DNA of 64,000 nucleotides from Betaproteobacteria bacterium (GCA_004298385.1 SCTX01000133.1:3672-67671), one strand, 5' to 3'. Numbered from the stretch's first letter, positions 42,171 to 53,305 are shown. Numbers and translations: made by a program. The notes: a model not told the origin generated them from the sequence alone.

Positions 42171-42854
42171 ATGAGCTTAGGATTAGTCGGTCGCAAGGTC
42201 GGCATGACGCGCGTTTTCACGGACGAAGGCGACTCCGTTCCGGTGACCGTGGTGGACGTGTCCGATAACCGTGTGACCCAGATCAAGACTGCCCGGACCG
42301 ACGGCTACGCTGCCGTGCAGGTCACTTTCGGCAAGCGCCGTCCCTCGCGGGTCAGCAAGTCCGCGGCGGGCCATTTCGCCAAAGCCGCGGTCGAGGCCGG
42401 GCACACGTTGAAGGAATTCCGCGTCACTGAGGAACAACTCGCCAACTTGAAGGTCGGAGGCAGGGTGGGCGTGGACCTGTTCCGGGTCGGCCAGATGGTG
42501 GATGTGACCGGGACCTCGCAGGGCAAGGGTTTCTCCGGCGCCATCAAGCGCCACCATTTTTCCTCCCAGCGCGCGAGCCACGGCAATTCCAGGTCGCATA
42601 ACGCCCCGGGTTCGACCGGGCAAGCGCAGGATCCCGGCCGCGTGTTCCCGGGCAAACGCATGGCCGGCCAGCTCGGCAACGTCACTCGCACCACCCAGAG
42701 CCTGGAGATCGTGCGCATCGACGCGGAGCGCCAACTGCTGCTGATCAAGGGTTCGGTCCCCGGCAGCAAGGGCGGCGATTTGCTGGTGCATCCCGCCGCC
42801 AAGGCACGCGCGCAGAAGGTCCTTGCCGCGCCGGCCAAGGGGGGTAAGAAATAA
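42171..42854 (+). CDS. rplC: 50S ribosomal protein L3
   Basis: The [17 protein letters not shown]-terminus starts at ATG 42171 after GGGAAAGAAG. The ORF-track start at 42126 is too early. Confidence 0.97.
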   Translation: MSLGLVGRKVGMTRVFTDEGDSVPVTVVDVSDNRVTQIKTARTDGYAAVQVTFGKRRPSRVSKSAAGHFAKAAVEAGHTLKEFRVTEEQLANLKVGGRVGVDLFRVGQMVDVTGTSQGKGFSGAIKRHHFSSQRASHGNSRSHNAPGSTGQAQDPGRVFPGKRMAGQLGNVTRTTQSLEIVRIDAERQLLLIKGSVPGSKGGDLLVHPAAKARAQKVLAAPAKGGKK

Positions 42855-43477
42855 TGGAACTGAAACTTATCGACGCCAAAGGCCAGTCGGCCTCGACCAT
42901 GGCCGTATCGGACGCGCTGTTCGCACGTGACTACAACGAACCGTTGATCCATCAGGTGGTGACGGCCTGTCAAGCCAATGCGCGCCAGGGTACGCGCGCG
43001 CAGAAGGGCAGGAGCCAGATTGCCAAGTCCACGCGCAAACCGTGGCGTCAGAAAGGCACCGGCCGCGCCCGTGCCGGCATGGCCTCCAGTCCTCTGTGGC
43101 GCGGCGGCGGCAGGATTTTCCCGTCGAGCCCGGATGAGAACTTCACGCAGAAACTGAATCGCAAGATGTATCGCGCCGGTGTCGCGTCGATTCTGTCGCA
43201 GCTCGCGCGCGAAAACCGCCTTAAGGTGGTCGAGAGTTTCGTTATGGAAGCGCCGAAGACCAAGCTGTTCCTGCAGAGGGTGAAGGACATGGGCGTGTCA
43301 GATTCGCTCCTGCTCATCACCGACGAGCTCGACGACAATTTGGTCTTGTCCTCGAGAAATCTGCCCAACGTGCTGGTGCTGGAAGTGGCCGAAGCCGACC
43401 CGGTGTCGCTGATCCGCTACCAGAACGTGATCCTGACCCGCAAGGCGGTCGGCAAATTCGAGGAGATGCTGGGATGA
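42854..43477 (+). CDS. rplD: 50S ribosomal protein L4
   Basis: 207 aa. It has a TAATG overlap with rplC and the conserved RQKGTGRAR motif. Confidence 0.97.
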   Translation: MELKLIDAKGQSASTMAVSDALFARDYNEPLIHQVVTACQANARQGTRAQKGRSQIAKSTRKPWRQKGTGRARAGMASSPLWRGGGRIFPSSPDENFTQKLNRKMYRAGVASILSQLARENRLKVVESFVMEAPKTKLFLQRVKDMGVSDSLLLITDELDDNLVLSSRNLPNVLVLEVAEADPVSLIRYQNVILTRKAVGKFEEMLG

Positions 43478-43815
43478 ACGCGCCACAGACAAGCAAGACC
43501 CCGGCGAAAGCTCCGGTGAAAAATCCACAGCGTTTGATGCAGGTGCTGCTCGCCCCGCAAGTGTCGGAGAAAAGCACTTACGTCGCCGAGAAGAACGAGC
43601 AGGTGGTGTTCCGCGTCGTCGGCAACGCGACCAAGCCGGAGATCAAGGCCGCGGTCGAACTGCTGTTCAAGGTCGAGGTCGAGAGCGTGCAGGTCGCCAA
43701 CGTCAAGGGCAAGCAAAAGCGCTTCGGCAAGATGAACGGCCGGCGCAAAGATTGGAAAAAGGCATATGTCTGCCTGAAGCCCGGCCAGGAAATCAACTTT
43801 CAAGCGGTGGAATAG
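43474..43815 (+). CDS. rplW: 50S ribosomal protein L23 (with a ~17-aa N-terminal extension)
   Basis: 113 aa. The L23 core begins at [14 protein letters not shown]. It has an ATGA overlap with rplD. Confidence 0.95.
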   Translation: MNAPQTSKTPAKAPVKNPQRLMQVLLAPQVSEKSTYVAEKNEQVVFRVVGNATKPEIKAAVELLFKVEVESVQVANVKGKQKRFGKMNGRRKDWKKAYVCLKPGQEINFQAVE

Positions 43816-43818
43816 ACC

Positions 43819-44646
43819 ATGGCACTCGTCAAAGTAAAACCCACTTCACCGGGCCGCCGCGCCTTGGTCAAGGTCGTCAATCCCGATCTGCACAAAGGCA
43901 AGCCCCATGCGCCTTTGCTGGAGCCGCAATCGAAGCGCGCCGGGCGCAACAACAGCGGCCATATCACCATGCGCCATCAGGGTGGCGGCCACAAGCAGCA
44001 TTACCGCATCGTCGATTTCAAGCGCGCCAAGGATGGGGTCGCAGCCAAGGTCGAGCGCCTGGAATACGACCCCAACCGCAGCGCCAACCTGGCCCTGCTG
44101 TGCTACACGGACGGCGAGCGCCGCTACATCATCGCGCCCAAGGGGGTCGCGGTGGGCGCGCTGCTCATGTCGGGTTCGGAAGCGCCGATCAAGCCGGGCA
44201 ATGCGCTGCCGCTGCGCAATATTCCGGTCGGTACCACCGTGCATTGCGTCGAGATGCTGCCCGGCAAAGGCGCGCAGATCGCGCGCGCGGCCGGCACCTC
44301 GGTGCAGCTCCTCGCGCGCGAGGGCAGTTACGCCCAGCTTCGCCTGCGCTCCGGCGAAGTGCGCAAGGTGCACATCGAGTGCCGCGCCACCATCGGCGAG
44401 GTCGGCAATGGAGAACATTCGCTGGAATCGGTGGGCAAGGCCGGCCGCATGCGCTGGCGCGGCGTGCGTCCGACAGTGCGCGGCGTGGCTATGAACCCGG
44501 TGGATCATCCGCACGGGGGCGGCGAAGGCAAGACCGCCGCGGGCCGGGATCCGGTCAGCCCCTGGGGCACGCTTACCAAAGGCTACCGCACACGCAAGAA
44601 CAAACGCACCAGCGGCATGATCGTCAATCGCCGCTACCAGAAATAG
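43819..44646 (+). CDS. rplB: 50S ribosomal protein L2
   Basis: 275 aa with a conserved L2 sequence ([17 protein letters not shown]). Confidence 0.98.
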   Translation: MALVKVKPTSPGRRALVKVVNPDLHKGKPHAPLLEPQSKRAGRNNSGHITMRHQGGGHKQHYRIVDFKRAKDGVAAKVERLEYDPNRSANLALLCYTDGERRYIIAPKGVAVGALLMSGSEAPIKPGNALPLRNIPVGTTVHCVEMLPGKGAQIARAAGTSVQLLAREGSYAQLRLRSGEVRKVHIECRATIGEVGNGEHSLESVGKAGRMRWRGVRPTVRGVAMNPVDHPHGGGEGKTAAGRDPVSPWGTLTKGYRTRKNKRTSGMIVNRRYQK

Positions 44647-44656
44647 AGGATAGGAC

Positions 44657-44977
44657 ATGGGACGTTCAATCAAGAAAGGCCCGTTTGTCGACCACCATCT
44701 GTTGGGCAAGGTCGAAAAAGTGCGCGGCAGCGGCGACAAGCGCCCGATCAAGACCTGGTCGCGCCGCTCCACCATCCTGCCGGATTTTGTCGGCTTGACC
44801 ATCGCGGTGCATAACGGCAAGCAGCATATTCCGGTCTACATTTCCGAGAACATGGTGGGCCACAAGCTGGGTGAGTTTGCTCTTACCCGCACCTTCAAGG
44901 GCCACTCGGCCGATAGAAAAGTCGCGGCGCCCGGCGGCGGGACTCCCGCGCCGGCGGCTCCGGCTGCGAAGAAATAG
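44657..44977 (+). CDS. rpsS: 30S ribosomal protein S19 (C-terminal Ala/Pro/Lys tail)
   Basis: 106 aa. The S19 core runs [12 protein letters not shown]...GHKLGEF, followed by the tail [17 protein letters not shown]. Confidence 0.97.
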   Translation: MGRSIKKGPFVDHHLLGKVEKVRGSGDKRPIKTWSRRSTILPDFVGLTIAVHNGKQHIPVYISENMVGHKLGEFALTRTFKGHSADRKVAAPGGGTPAPAAPAAKK

Positions 44978-44988
44978 GAGTGACAGCG

Positions 44989-45390
44989 ATGCAAACCAGA
45001 GCCAGCTTGCGCGGTGTTCGCCTGTCGGCGCAGAAAGGGCGGCTCGTAGCCGACCTGATCCGCGGCCTAGCGGTGGACAAGGCGCTCAACGTCCTTGCGT
45101 TCAGCCCCAAGAAAGGCGCCAAGATCATCAAGAAAGTGCTGGAATCGGCCATTGCTAATGCCGAGCACAACGATGGCGCCGATATAGACGAACTGAAAGT
45201 GCAGACCATCTACGTCGAGCAGGGCTCGATGCTCAAGCGCTTTCACGCCCGCGCCAAGGGACGCGGCAACCGCATCAACAAGCACTCCTGCCACATTTTC
45301 ATCACGGTGGGTGACGAGGTCAAAGCGAAACGCAGCGCGGCCAAGGCCGTAGCCAACACACGCGCGGCGGATGCCGCGGCCAATAAATAA
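44989..45390 (+). CDS. rplV: 50S ribosomal protein L22 (C-terminal tail)
   Basis: ATG 44989 lies 8 nt after AGGAG and gives [18 protein letters not shown]. The GTG at 44980 in the ORF track overlaps the RBS. Confidence 0.95.
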   Translation: MQTRASLRGVRLSAQKGRLVADLIRGLAVDKALNVLAFSPKKGAKIIKKVLESAIANAEHNDGADIDELKVQTIYVEQGSMLKRFHARAKGRGNRINKHSCHIFITVGDEVKAKRSAAKAVANTRAADAAANK

Positions 45391-45399
45391 GGGACAGCC

Positions 45400-46332
45400 A
45401 TGGGACAGAAAATCCACCCGATCGGGTTCCGCCTCGCAGTTAACAAGAACTGGGGCTCGCGCTGGTACGCCAACAGCAAGAACTTCGGCGCCATGCTCAG
45501 CGAAGATCTGAAGGTACGCGGCTATCTGAAGAAAAAGCTCGCGCACGCCTCGGTCGGCCGCGTGGTGATCGAGCGTCCGGCCAAGGACGCACGCATCACC
45601 ATCCACAGCGCCCGTCCCGGCGTGGTCATCGGCAAGAAGGGCGAGGACATCGAGGTACTGAAGGCCGAGCTGCGCAAGATGCTGGGCGTGCAGATGGTGC
45701 ACGTCAACATCGAGGAGATCAGGAAGCCCGAGATCGACGCGCAACTTATCGCCGATTCGATTGCGCAGCAACTGGAGAAGCGCATCATGTTCCGCCGCGC
45801 GATGAAACGCGCCATGCAGAACGCCATGCGCCTGGGCGCGCAGGGCATCAAGATCGCAAGTTCGGGCAGGCTGAACGGCATCGAGATCGCGCGTAACGAG
45901 TGGTACCGCGAGGGCCGCGTGCCCCTGCATACCCTGCGCGCCGACATCGATTACGGTTTCGGCGAAGCCAAGACCACTTACGGCGTGATCGGCATCAAGG
46001 TGTGGGTATACAAGGGCGAGACGGCGGGTAAGATGGAGCAGCCCGCAGCGGTGCCCGGATCCGCGCCGGAAGAAGCGCCGCAACCGAAGAAAGTGAGAAA
46101 GGCTCCGGCCCCGGTGGCTAGGACCGAGGTGCCGGCGGCCAAGCCAGAAGGCGCGGCAAAGCCCAAGAAGGCGACGCGAACGCGCAAGAAGCCCGCAGCG
46201 GAAGATGCTGCCAAAGCCGGCGACACAGCCGAGACCGAGGCCAAGGTCGAGGGATCGGCTGAGCAATCTGCCGGACCCGCAGCCAAGGCCAAGACCACGC
46301 TCAGGCGCGTGACGAAGAAGACAGGAGCCTAA
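45400..46332 (+). CDS. rpsC: 30S ribosomal protein S3 (long Lys/Ala/Pro/Glu-rich C-terminal tail)
   Basis: 310 aa. It has a conserved KH/S3 core up to about residue 210, then a low-complexity tail. Confidence 0.97.
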   Translation: MGQKIHPIGFRLAVNKNWGSRWYANSKNFGAMLSEDLKVRGYLKKKLAHASVGRVVIERPAKDARITIHSARPGVVIGKKGEDIEVLKAELRKMLGVQMVHVNIEEIRKPEIDAQLIADSIAQQLEKRIMFRRAMKRAMQNAMRLGAQGIKIASSGRLNGIEIARNEWYREGRVPLHTLRADIDYGFGEAKTTYGVIGIKVWVYKGETAGKMEQPAAVPGSAPEEAPQPKKVRKAPAPVARTEVPAAKPEGAAKPKKATRTRKKPAAEDAAKAGDTAETEAKVEGSAEQSAGPAAKAKTTLRRVTKKTGA

Positions 46333-46333
46333 G

Positions 46334-46747
46334 ATGCTTCAACCAGCCAGGACAAAATACCGCAAGCAGCAAAAGGGCCGCAACAAGGGCATTGCTACGC
46401 GAGGCAACAAGGTCGCATTCGGGGAGTACGGGCTCAAGGCCATCGGCCGCGGCCGCCTGACCGCGCGCCAGATCGAGGCCGCGCGCCGCGCCATGACCCG
46501 CCACATCAAGCGCGGCGGGCGCATCTGGATCCGGATCTTTCCAGACAAGCCGATTTCGCAGAAGCCGGCCGAGGTGCGCATGGGCAACGGCAAGGGCAAC
46601 CCGGAGTATTTCGTCGCCGAAATCGTTCCCGGCAAGGTGCTGTACGAAATGGACGGTGTGGACGAGGTGCTTGCGCGGCAGGCGTTCCGCCTGGCCGCGG
46701 CCAAGCTGCCGATCGCCACCGCCTTTGTCCACCGTTTAGTGGGGTAA
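46334..46747 (+). CDS. rplP: 50S ribosomal protein L16
   Basis: 137 aa with a conserved L16 sequence. Confidence 0.98.
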   Translation: MLQPARTKYRKQQKGRNKGIATRGNKVAFGEYGLKAIGRGRLTARQIEAARRAMTRHIKRGGRIWIRIFPDKPISQKPAEVRMGNGKGNPEYFVAEIVPGKVLYEMDGVDEVLARQAFRLAAAKLPIATAFVHRLVG

Positions 46748-46751
46748 AGAG

Positions 46752-46946
46752 ATGAAACCGAGTGAACTGCGCGCCAAGGACATGGCGCAACTGAACCAGG
46801 AACTGAACGACCTGTTGAAGGCGCAATTCAGCCTTCGCATGCAGGTTGCGACCCAGCAGCTGACCAACAACAGCCAGTTGAAGAAGACCCGCCGCGACAT
46901 CGCGCGGGTGCGCACCATCATTGCACAGAAGGCGGCAAGCAAATGA
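46752..46946 (+). CDS. rpmC: 50S ribosomal protein L29
   Basis: 64 aa, at the expected position between rplP and rpsQ. Confidence 0.95.
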   Translation: MKPSELRAKDMAQLNQELNDLLKAQFSLRMQVATQQLTNNSQLKKTRRDIARVRTIIAQKAASK

Positions 46947-47224
46947 GCGATACCCAGACAAGCAAGGCAGCCAAGGTAATTCGCGCCCTCACCGGCCGCG
47001 TGGTCAGCGACAGGATGAACAAGACCGTGACCGTGCTGATCGAACGCCGCGTGCGTCATCCGATGTTGGGCAAGATCGTTACCCGATCTAAGAAATACCA
47101 TGCCCACGCGGAGAATAACGAGTACAAGACCGGCGATCTGGTGATGATCGAAGAGACGCGTCCGATTTCGAAGACCAAGGCATGGAAAGTCACCAAGCTG
47201 GTCGAAAAGGGCAAGAACATCTGA
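46943..47224 (+). CDS. rpsQ: 30S ribosomal protein S17
   Basis: 93 aa. It has an ATGA overlap with rpmC and a conserved S17 core. Confidence 0.96.
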   Translation: MSDTQTSKAAKVIRALTGRVVSDRMNKTVTVLIERRVRHPMLGKIVTRSKKYHAHAENNEYKTGDLVMIEETRPISKTKAWKVTKLVEKGKNI

Positions 47225-47232
47225 GACACATG

Positions 47233-47256
47233 GACCTTGCCCGATAGGGCAAGGTC
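47233..47256 (+). terminator. Stem-loop after rpsQ (possible S10-operon terminator or processing hairpin)
   Basis: GACCTTGCCC-GATA-GGGCAAGGTC forms a perfect 10-bp stem. A T-run appears only about 14 nt later, so this is not a canonical intrinsic terminator. Confidence 0.35.
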
Positions 47257-47399
47257 GGGTACAATTCAACGTTTTTCGCGCTGCCGCCCTGTCATTAGGC
47301 CGGGCGTTCAACCCTAGCGGGTTCCAAGACTGGCCGCGATGCGCCAGGCACACCGGACGGTGCGCCACACGCGGTTCAAGTTGGAGAGGAAACAAATTC

Positions 47400-47768
47400 A
47401 TGATTCAGATGCAAAGTATATTGGATGTGGCCGACAACACCGGCGCGCGCGCCGTTATGTGCATCAAGGTATTGGGCGGCTCGAAGCGGCGTTATGCCGG
47501 CATTGGCGACGTGATCAAAGTCAGCATCAAGGACTGCGCACCGCGCGGCCGCGTAAAGAAGGGCGAAATCTACAGCGCCGTGGTGGTGCGCACCGCCAAG
47601 GGCGTGCGCCGTACCGATGGCTCGCTGATCAAGTTCGACACCAACGCCGCGGTGCTGCTCAACGCTAAGCTGGAGCCGATCGGCACGCGCATTTTCGGGC
47701 CGGTCACGCGCGAGTTGCGCAACGAGCGCTTCATGAAGATCGTGTCTCTCGCGCCGGAAGTTTTATAA
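47400..47768 (+). CDS. rplN: 50S ribosomal protein L14
   Basis: 122 aa with a conserved L14 sequence. It is the first gene of the spc operon. Confidence 0.98.
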   Translation: MIQMQSILDVADNTGARAVMCIKVLGGSKRRYAGIGDVIKVSIKDCAPRGRVKKGEIYSAVVVRTAKGVRRTDGSLIKFDTNAAVLLNAKLEPIGTRIFGPVTRELRNERFMKIVSLAPEVL

Positions 47769-47783
47769 GAAACGGGTCGATGA

Positions 47784-47838
47784 CACCAGGGGCCTAGGGA
47801 AGGGGTGGGACCCTTCCCTTCCCACCCGGCCCCCCGTG
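47784..47838 (+). repeat. G/C-rich palindromic element, copy 1 (rplN-rplX spacer)
   Basis: Sequence CACCAGGGGCCTAGGGAAGGGGTGGGACCCTTCCCTTCCCACCCGGCCCCCCGTG. Paired segments are GGGTGGGA/TCCCACCC, GGGGCC/GGCCCC and CAC/GTG. It is related to 50433-50487. Confidence 0.75.
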
Positions 47839-47874
47839 ACTTCCCCCCAGTCAGGAATATAGGAATCGAAGGTC

Positions 47875-48192
47875 ATGCAAAAGATTCGCAAAGGTGATGA
47901 CGTGATCGTCACCACCGGCAAGGACAAAGGCAAGCGCGGTACGGTGCTGCGCCGCGTGGATGACAAGCACCTTTTGGTCGAGGGCGTCAACCGCGCGAAG
48001 AAGCACCAGAAACCCAATCCGATGAAAGGCCAGACCGGCGGCATCGTCGACCTGGACATGCCGATCGACATCTCCAACGTTGCGCTGTTCAACCCGCAAA
48101 CGCAGAAGGGGGACCGCGTCGGTTTCAAAACGCTGGCGGACGGCCGCAAGGTGCGCATTTTCAAGTCCAACGGCGAAGTCGTGGACGCCTGA
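47875..48192 (+). CDS. rplX: 50S ribosomal protein L24
   Basis: 105 aa with the [23 protein letters not shown] motif. Confidence 0.97.
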   Translation: MQKIRKGDDVIVTTGKDKGKRGTVLRRVDDKHLLVEGVNRAKKHQKPNPMKGQTGGIVDLDMPIDISNVALFNPQTQKGDRVGFKTLADGRKVRIFKSNGEVVDA

Positions 48193-48205
48193 GAGAGAAA
48201 ACGCT

Positions 48206-48745
48206 ATGGCACGCTTATACAGCTATTACAGAGAAACAGTGGTACCCGCCATGGTGAAGAAGTTCGGGTACAAAACGGCGATGCAGGTCCCGCGCATCGA
48301 AAAGATTACGCTCAACATGGGCGTGGGCGAAGCCGTCAACGACAAGAAAATCATGGACAACGCCGTCGGCGACATGACCAAGATCGCCGGGCAAAAGCCG
48401 GTAGTAACCCTGTCGAAAAAACCTATCGCCGGTTTCAAGATCCGCAAGGGCCTGGCGATCGGCTGCATGGTGACCCTGCGCGGAGTGCGCATGTACGAGT
48501 TCCTCGATCGTCTGGTCAGTATTGCGATACCGCGCATCCGCGACTTCCGCGGCCTGTCGCAGCGGGCTTTCGACGGCCGCGGCAATTATAACCTCGGTGT
48601 GAAAGAGCAGATCATCTTCCCCGAGGTCGAGTACGACAAGATCGATGCCCTGCGTGGCATGAACATCAGCATCACCACCACTGCGAAGACCGACGAGGAA
48701 GCCCAGGCGCTGCTCGCGGCTTTCAAATTCCCGTTCAAGACCTGA
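48206..48745 (+). CDS. rplE: 50S ribosomal protein L5
   Basis: The internal ATG at 48206 gives [14 protein letters not shown]. The ORF-track start at 48080 lies inside rplX. Confidence 0.97.
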   Translation: MARLYSYYRETVVPAMVKKFGYKTAMQVPRIEKITLNMGVGEAVNDKKIMDNAVGDMTKIAGQKPVVTLSKKPIAGFKIRKGLAIGCMVTLRGVRMYEFLDRLVSIAIPRIRDFRGLSQRAFDGRGNYNLGVKEQIIFPEVEYDKIDALRGMNISITTTAKTDEEAQALLAAFKFPFKT

Positions 48746-48756
48746 AGGATTGCGCC

Positions 48757-49062
48757 ATGGCAAAAACCGCAGTCATCAATCGTAACGAAAAGCGTCGCAA
48801 TACCGTGAAGAAATTCGAGGTCAAGCGTAGCGCGCTGCTCGCCATCATTAACGACTTCAAGCAACCCGAGGACGAGCGCATGGCGGCGCGCATGCAACTG
48901 CAGCAGTTGCCGCGCAACGCGTCACCGACGCGCGTACGCAATCGCTGCAAGCTGACGGGCCGCCCGCGCGGCGTGTACGCGAAGTTCGGCCTGGGGCGCA
49001 ACAAGCTGCGCGAAATTGCCATGCGTGGCGAGATCCCCGGCATGACCAAAGCCAGCTGGTGA
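48757..49062 (+). CDS. rpsN: 30S ribosomal protein S14
   Basis: 101 aa, long (non-zinc) S14 type. Confidence 0.97.
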   Translation: MAKTAVINRNEKRRNTVKKFEVKRSALLAIINDFKQPEDERMAARMQLQQLPRNASPTRVRNRCKLTGRPRGVYAKFGLGRNKLREIAMRGEIPGMTKASW

Positions 49063-49075
49063 GAGGAGACAAAGC

Positions 49076-49471
49076 ATGAGCATGAGTGACCCGATCGCCG
49101 ATATGCTGACCCGCATCCGCAATGCGCAACTTGCGGAAAAGTTGTCGGTGGCGATGCCTTCGTCGCGCGTAAAAGCGTCCATCGCCCAGGTGCTGAAGGA
49201 CGAGGGCTACGTTGACGACTTCAAGGTGCGCGAAGAAGGCGGCAAATCCACTCTCGAGATCGCGCTCAAGTACTACGCGGGCGCGCCGGTGATCGAGAAG
49301 ATCGAACGCGTGAGCCGCCCCGGACTGCGCATTTACAAGGGCCGCGAGGATATTCCCAAGATCATGAACGGCTTGGGAATCGCCATCGTCTCCACCTCCA
49401 AGGGCGTGATGACCGACAGAAAAGCGCGCGCCACCGGGATCGGCGGCGAAGTCCTGTGCATCGTGGCTTAA
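49076..49471 (+). CDS. rpsH: 30S ribosomal protein S8
   Basis: 131 aa with the [13 protein letters not shown] motif. The start is 49076 or 49082. Confidence 0.97.
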   Translation: MSMSDPIADMLTRIRNAQLAEKLSVAMPSSRVKASIAQVLKDEGYVDDFKVREEGGKSTLEIALKYYAGAPVIEKIERVSRPGLRIYKGREDIPKIMNGLGIAIVSTSKGVMTDRKARATGIGGEVLCIVA

Positions 49472-49484
49472 GGGGGACGAAACC

Positions 49485-50018
49485 ATGTCGCGAATCGGAA
49501 AAAACCCCATTACGGTGCCCAAGAGCGTCGAAGTGACCGTGTCGCCCGAACAGGTCGCGGTTAAAGGACCGTTGGGCACTTTGACGCAGCGCCTGAGCAG
49601 CGATATCAAGCTCGAGCGCGACGGCGACCAACTGTTGTGCCTGGTCAACAATGATTCGACCCAGGCCAACGCCATGTCCGGCACCATCCGAGCTCTCCTG
49701 GCCAACATGGTCGAGGGCGTGACCAAGGGTTTCGAGAGAAAGCTGACCCTGGTCGGCGTCGGTTACCGCGCGCAGGCGCAGGGCGACAAGCTCAACCTCG
49801 CGCTCGGTTTCTCCCATCCGGTGGTGCATCAGATGCCCAAGGGCGTCAAGGTCGAAACCCCGAGCCAGACCGAGATCGTTCTCCGCGGCACGGATAAGCA
49901 ACAGGTCGGCCAGGTGGCCGCCGAAGTGCGCGCCTACCGCAGTCCCGAGCCGTACAAAGGCAAGGGCGTGCGCTATACCGGCGAGAAGGTGGTCTTGAAA
50001 GAGACCAAGAAGAAGTAA
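49485..50018 (+). CDS. rplF: 50S ribosomal protein L6
   Basis: 177 aa with the [10 protein letters not shown]-terminus. Confidence 0.97.
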   Translation: MSRIGKNPITVPKSVEVTVSPEQVAVKGPLGTLTQRLSSDIKLERDGDQLLCLVNNDSTQANAMSGTIRALLANMVEGVTKGFERKLTLVGVGYRAQAQGDKLNLALGFSHPVVHQMPKGVKVETPSQTEIVLRGTDKQQVGQVAAEVRAYRSPEPYKGKGVRYTGEKVVLKETKKK

Positions 50019-50032
50019 GCGGAGCTAAAGCC

Positions 50033-50389
50033 ATGATGGATAAAAAGCAGGCGCGACTGCGCCGAGCACGCAGATCCCGCGCCAAGATTATTGAACTCAA
50101 GGCGGTGCGGCTCGCGGTGCATCGCACCAACAGCCACATCTACGCGCAGGTGATTTCCGCTTGCGGCACCAAGATCTTGACCGCGGCTTCCACGCTGGAG
50201 AAGGAGGTGCGCGCGACGGTGGCGAACGGCGGCAACGTAAAGGCGGCCGAGGCCGTGGGCAGGCGCATCGCCGCCAAAGCCAAACAACTCGGCATCGAGC
50301 AGGTTGCGTTCGACCGCGGCGGTTTGCAGTATCACGGCCGCGTCAAGGCGCTGGCGGAAGCCGCGCGCGAAGCCGGGCTCAAGTTCTGA
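50033..50389 (+). CDS. rplR: 50S ribosomal protein L18
   Basis: 118 aa with a conserved L18 sequence. The start is 50033 or 50036. Confidence 0.97.
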   Translation: MMDKKQARLRRARRSRAKIIELKAVRLAVHRTNSHIYAQVISACGTKILTAASTLEKEVRATVANGGNVKAAEAVGRRIAAKAKQLGIEQVAFDRGGLQYHGRVKALAEAAREAGLKF

Positions 50390-50432
50390 TGGCGCCTGAT
50401 GGGTTTATCGTCGGGCGGCATTAAATTGGGAG

Positions 50433-50487
50433 CACGAGGGGCTAAGGAAGGGGAGGGACCCTTCCTTTCCCTCCCGGTTCCCCTCGT
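50433..50487 (+). repeat. G/C-rich palindromic element, copy 2 (rplR-rpsE spacer)
   Basis: Sequence CACGAGGGGCTAAGGAAGGGGAGGGACCCTTCCTTTCCCTCCCGGTTCCCCTCGT. Paired segments are GGGAGGGA/TCCCTCCC and ACGAGGGG/CCCCTCGT. Confidence 0.75.
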
Positions 50488-50515
50488 ATCGTAAGACCTC
50501 GAATCGGGGAAGAAT

Positions 50516-51049
50516 ATGGCGAAGATGCAGGGCAGGATGCAGGGCAAGATGCAGGGTCAGGACGACCGCGGTGACGGCCTGCGCGAGAAAATGGTTGCGA
50601 TCAACCGGGTCACCAAGGTGGTGAAAGGCGGCCGCATCCTCAGCTTTGCCGCGCTCACCGTGGTCGGTGACGGCGACGGCGGGGTCGGCATGGGCAAGGG
50701 CAAGTCGCGCGAGGTTCCGGTGGCGGTGCAAAAGGCCATGGAAGAAGCGCGAAAGAAAATGTTCCGCATCAGCCTCAAGAACGGCACGCTGCACCATGCC
50801 GTAATGGGCCACCACGGCGCAGCCAAGGTCTACATGCAACCGGCGTCCGAAGGCACCGGCATCATCGCCGGCGGCGCCATGCGCGCGGTGTTCGAGGTCA
50901 TGGGCATCACCAATGTGCTCGCCAAGTGCATCGGCTCGGGCAGCCCCTACAACGTGGTGCGCGCCACCCTGCAGGGATTGAAGTCCATGAACACGCCGTC
51001 CGAGATCGCCGCCAAGCGCGGCAAATCGGTCGAAGAAATCACCGGTTGA
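50516..51049 (+). CDS. rpsE: 30S ribosomal protein S5
   Basis: 177 aa. The conserved core begins at [19 protein letters not shown]. The N-terminus carries a tandem (K/R)MQG repeat. Confidence 0.97.
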   Translation: MAKMQGRMQGKMQGQDDRGDGLREKMVAINRVTKVVKGGRILSFAALTVVGDGDGGVGMGKGKSREVPVAVQKAMEEARKKMFRISLKNGTLHHAVMGHHGAAKVYMQPASEGTGIIAGGAMRAVFEVMGITNVLAKCIGSGSPYNVVRATLQGLKSMNTPSEIAAKRGKSVEEITG

Positions 51050-51057
51050 GGCTAATC

Positions 51058-51240
51058 ATGGCGGACAAGAAACTCAAAGTTACCCTGGTGAAAAGCGCGA
51101 TCGGCTGCAAGGCCAGCCACCGCGCGACGGTGCGTGGGCTGGGCTTGAAGCGCATCAACCACACCGTGGAACTGCAGGACACCCCTGCCATCCGCGGCAT
51201 GATCAACAAGGTGTACTACCTGGTGAAGTGCGAGGCATAA
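51058..51240 (+). CDS. rpmD: 50S ribosomal protein L30
   Basis: 60 aa. The internal ATG at 51058 of the 50926-51240 ORF gives [13 protein letters not shown]. Confidence 0.95.
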   Translation: MADKKLKVTLVKSAIGCKASHRATVRGLGLKRINHTVELQDTPAIRGMINKVYYLVKCEA

Positions 51241-51894
51241 ATGCAGCTCAATACGATCAAGCCGGCAGCAGGCGCGAAGCGCGACCGGCGTCGCGTCGGC
51301 CGCGGCATCGGCTCGGGCCTGGGCAAGACCGCGGGACGCGGCCACAAAGGGCAGAAGTCGCGTTCCGGCGGCTTCCACAAAGTCGGTTTCGAAGGCGGCC
51401 AGATGCCGTTGCAGCGGCGCCTGCCAAAACGTGGATTCAATTCGCTCGCGCGCGGACTCACCGCCGAGGTGCGCCTGTCCGACCTGCAAAGAATGGCGCT
51501 CGCAGACATCGATCTGAAGGCGCTCAAAGCAGCCGGCGTGGTGCCGGAAGCAACCGAAGCCGTCAAGATCATCCTGTCGGGCAAGCTTGAGCGCAAGGTA
51601 AGCCTGAGCGGCCTGCGGGTCACGAAGGGTGCCAGGGCGGCAATAGAAGCAGCCGGCGGCAGTATCGCTGCGCTGGAAGTGAAATCGCCCGTAGGCAAGG
51701 GCAAGAAGGCCAAGGCCAGGGTCGAAGCGATCGCCAAGGCCAAAGCCAGGGCCGAGGCGCCCAAGGGGGTCAAGGCCGAGCGCGCCGATAAGGCGAAAGC
51801 CAAGCCCAAGGCGCCGAAGGCGACCAAGGGCGGCCCGCCCGAGCCCGCCGCCAAAGCCAAGTCCAAACCCAAGGCGAAGGGCGAGAAGGCGTAA
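51241..51894 (+). CDS. rplO: 50S ribosomal protein L15 (about 70-aa Lys/Ala-rich C-terminal tail)
   Basis: 217 aa. The L15 core runs to ...[15 protein letters not shown], followed by a KAKA/KPKA-rich tail. Confidence 0.96.
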   Translation: MQLNTIKPAAGAKRDRRRVGRGIGSGLGKTAGRGHKGQKSRSGGFHKVGFEGGQMPLQRRLPKRGFNSLARGLTAEVRLSDLQRMALADIDLKALKAAGVVPEATEAVKIILSGKLERKVSLSGLRVTKGARAAIEAAGGSIAALEVKSPVGKGKKAKARVEAIAKAKARAEAPKGVKAERADKAKAKPKAPKATKGGPPEPAAKAKSKPKAKGEKA

Positions 51895-51909
51895 TTGCCG
51901 GCGAGCGAG

Positions 51910-53235
51910 ATGGCTACCCCAACTAAGAACATCGGTAAGACCGGCAAGTTCGGCGACCTGAAAAAACGCCTGCTGTTCCTGCTCGGCGCTCTGTTCGTAT
52001 TCCGCATCGGCGCGCATGTTCCGGTGCCCGGAATCGATCCGAACGTGCTGGCCGAGCTGTTCCAGTCGCAGCAGGGCGGGATCCTGGGCATGTTCAATAT
52101 GTTCTCCGGCGGCGCCTTGTCGCGCTTCACCATCTTCGCCCTGGGGATCATGCCTTACATCTCGTCCTCGATCATCATGCAACTGATGACGACGGTATCG
52201 CCGCAGCTCGAGCAGTTGAAGAAGGAAGGCCAGGCAGGGCAGCGCAAGATCACCCAGTACACGCGCTACGGGACGGTGTTCCTAGCTTTGTTTCAGGCGA
52301 CGGGCATTTCCATCGCGCTGGAGTCGCAGGCGGGGCTGGTACTCGATCCCGGGCTCATGTTCCGTTTCGTCACGGTGAGTACGCTGGTGACCGGCACCAT
52401 GTTTCTGATGTGGCTGGGCGAGCAGATTACCGAGCGCGGTCTGGGCAATGGCATTTCCATCATCATTTTTGCCGGTATTGCCGCGGGCCTGCCCAACGCC
52501 ATCGGCGGCACGCTGGAGCTGGTGCGAACCGGCGCCATGCATCCGCTTACGGCGCTCTTGATCGCGACGGCCGTGGTGCTGGTGACCTGGGCCGTGTGTT
52601 TCGTCGAGCGCGGCCAGCGCAAGATTCTGGTGAACTACGCCAAGCGCCAGGTCGGCAACAAGATCTACGGCGGCCAGGCCTCGCACCTGCCGTTCAAGCT
52701 CAACATGGCGGGCGTGATCCCGCCGATTTTCGCATCGAGCATCATCTTGTTCCCGGCCACGCTGGCCGGTTGGTTCGGCCAGAGCGAAAGCATGAGCTGG
52801 CTGCGCGACATCTCCGCGACGCTCTCCCCCGGCCAGCCGATCTACGTCATGCTGTATTCCGGCGCGATCATCTTTTTCTGTTTCTTCTATACGGCGCTGC
52901 AGTACAACCCGAAGGACACCGCGGACAACCTGAAGAAAAGCGGCGCCTTCGTCCCCGGCATCCGCCCGGGCGACCAGACCGCGCGCTATCTGGAGAAGAT
53001 CCTGACGCGGCTAACCATGGCCGGCGCGGTCTACGTGACGCTGGTCTGCCTGCTGCCAGAATTCATGATCCTGAAATGGAACGTGCCGTTCTATTTCGGC
53101 GGAACCTCGCTGCTGATCATCGTGGTCGTAACCATGGATTTTATGTCCCAGGTGCAGGCCTACATCATGTCGCACCAGTACGAAAGCCTGTTGAAGAAAG
53201 CCAATTTCAAAGGGGCGGGATTCCCGACGAGATGA
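51910..53235 (+). CDS. secY: Preprotein translocase subunit SecY
   Basis: I prefer the ATG at 51910 (MATPTKN...) over the TTG at 51895. It has ten-TM SecY sequence ([14 protein letters not shown]). Confidence 0.96.
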   Translation: MATPTKNIGKTGKFGDLKKRLLFLLGALFVFRIGAHVPVPGIDPNVLAELFQSQQGGILGMFNMFSGGALSRFTIFALGIMPYISSSIIMQLMTTVSPQLEQLKKEGQAGQRKITQYTRYGTVFLALFQATGISIALESQAGLVLDPGLMFRFVTVSTLVTGTMFLMWLGEQITERGLGNGISIIIFAGIAAGLPNAIGGTLELVRTGAMHPLTALLIATAVVLVTWAVCFVERGQRKILVNYAKRQVGNKIYGGQASHLPFKLNMAGVIPPIFASSIILFPATLAGWFGQSESMSWLRDISATLSPGQPIYVMLYSGAIIFFCFFYTALQYNPKDTADNLKKSGAFVPGIRPGDQTARYLEKILTRLTMAGAVYVTLVCLLPEFMILKWNVPFYFGGTSLLIIVVVTMDFMSQVQAYIMSHQYESLLKKANFKGAGFPTR

Positions 53236-53305
53236 GGGAACGAGGGGGTGTGCCCCCTTGTTGATTGATCCCCCGATTCAGAGCGAAGAGCTGCGCAAAA
53301 GGAAT

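Noticed and set aside
47225-47399. The 175-nt rpsQ-rplN spacer as another abnormal insertion in the ribosomal protein cluster.
   Set aside because: This is the normal S10/spc operon boundary, and a comparably long spacer exists in E. coli. It contains no copy of the G/C-rich palindromic element.
47797-47827. H-type pseudoknot formed by the two helices of the palindromic element (GGGAAGG/CCTTCCC and GGGTGGGA/TCCCACCC).
   Set aside because: The connecting loops would be 0-1 nt, which is sterically implausible. The helices are better viewed as alternatives.
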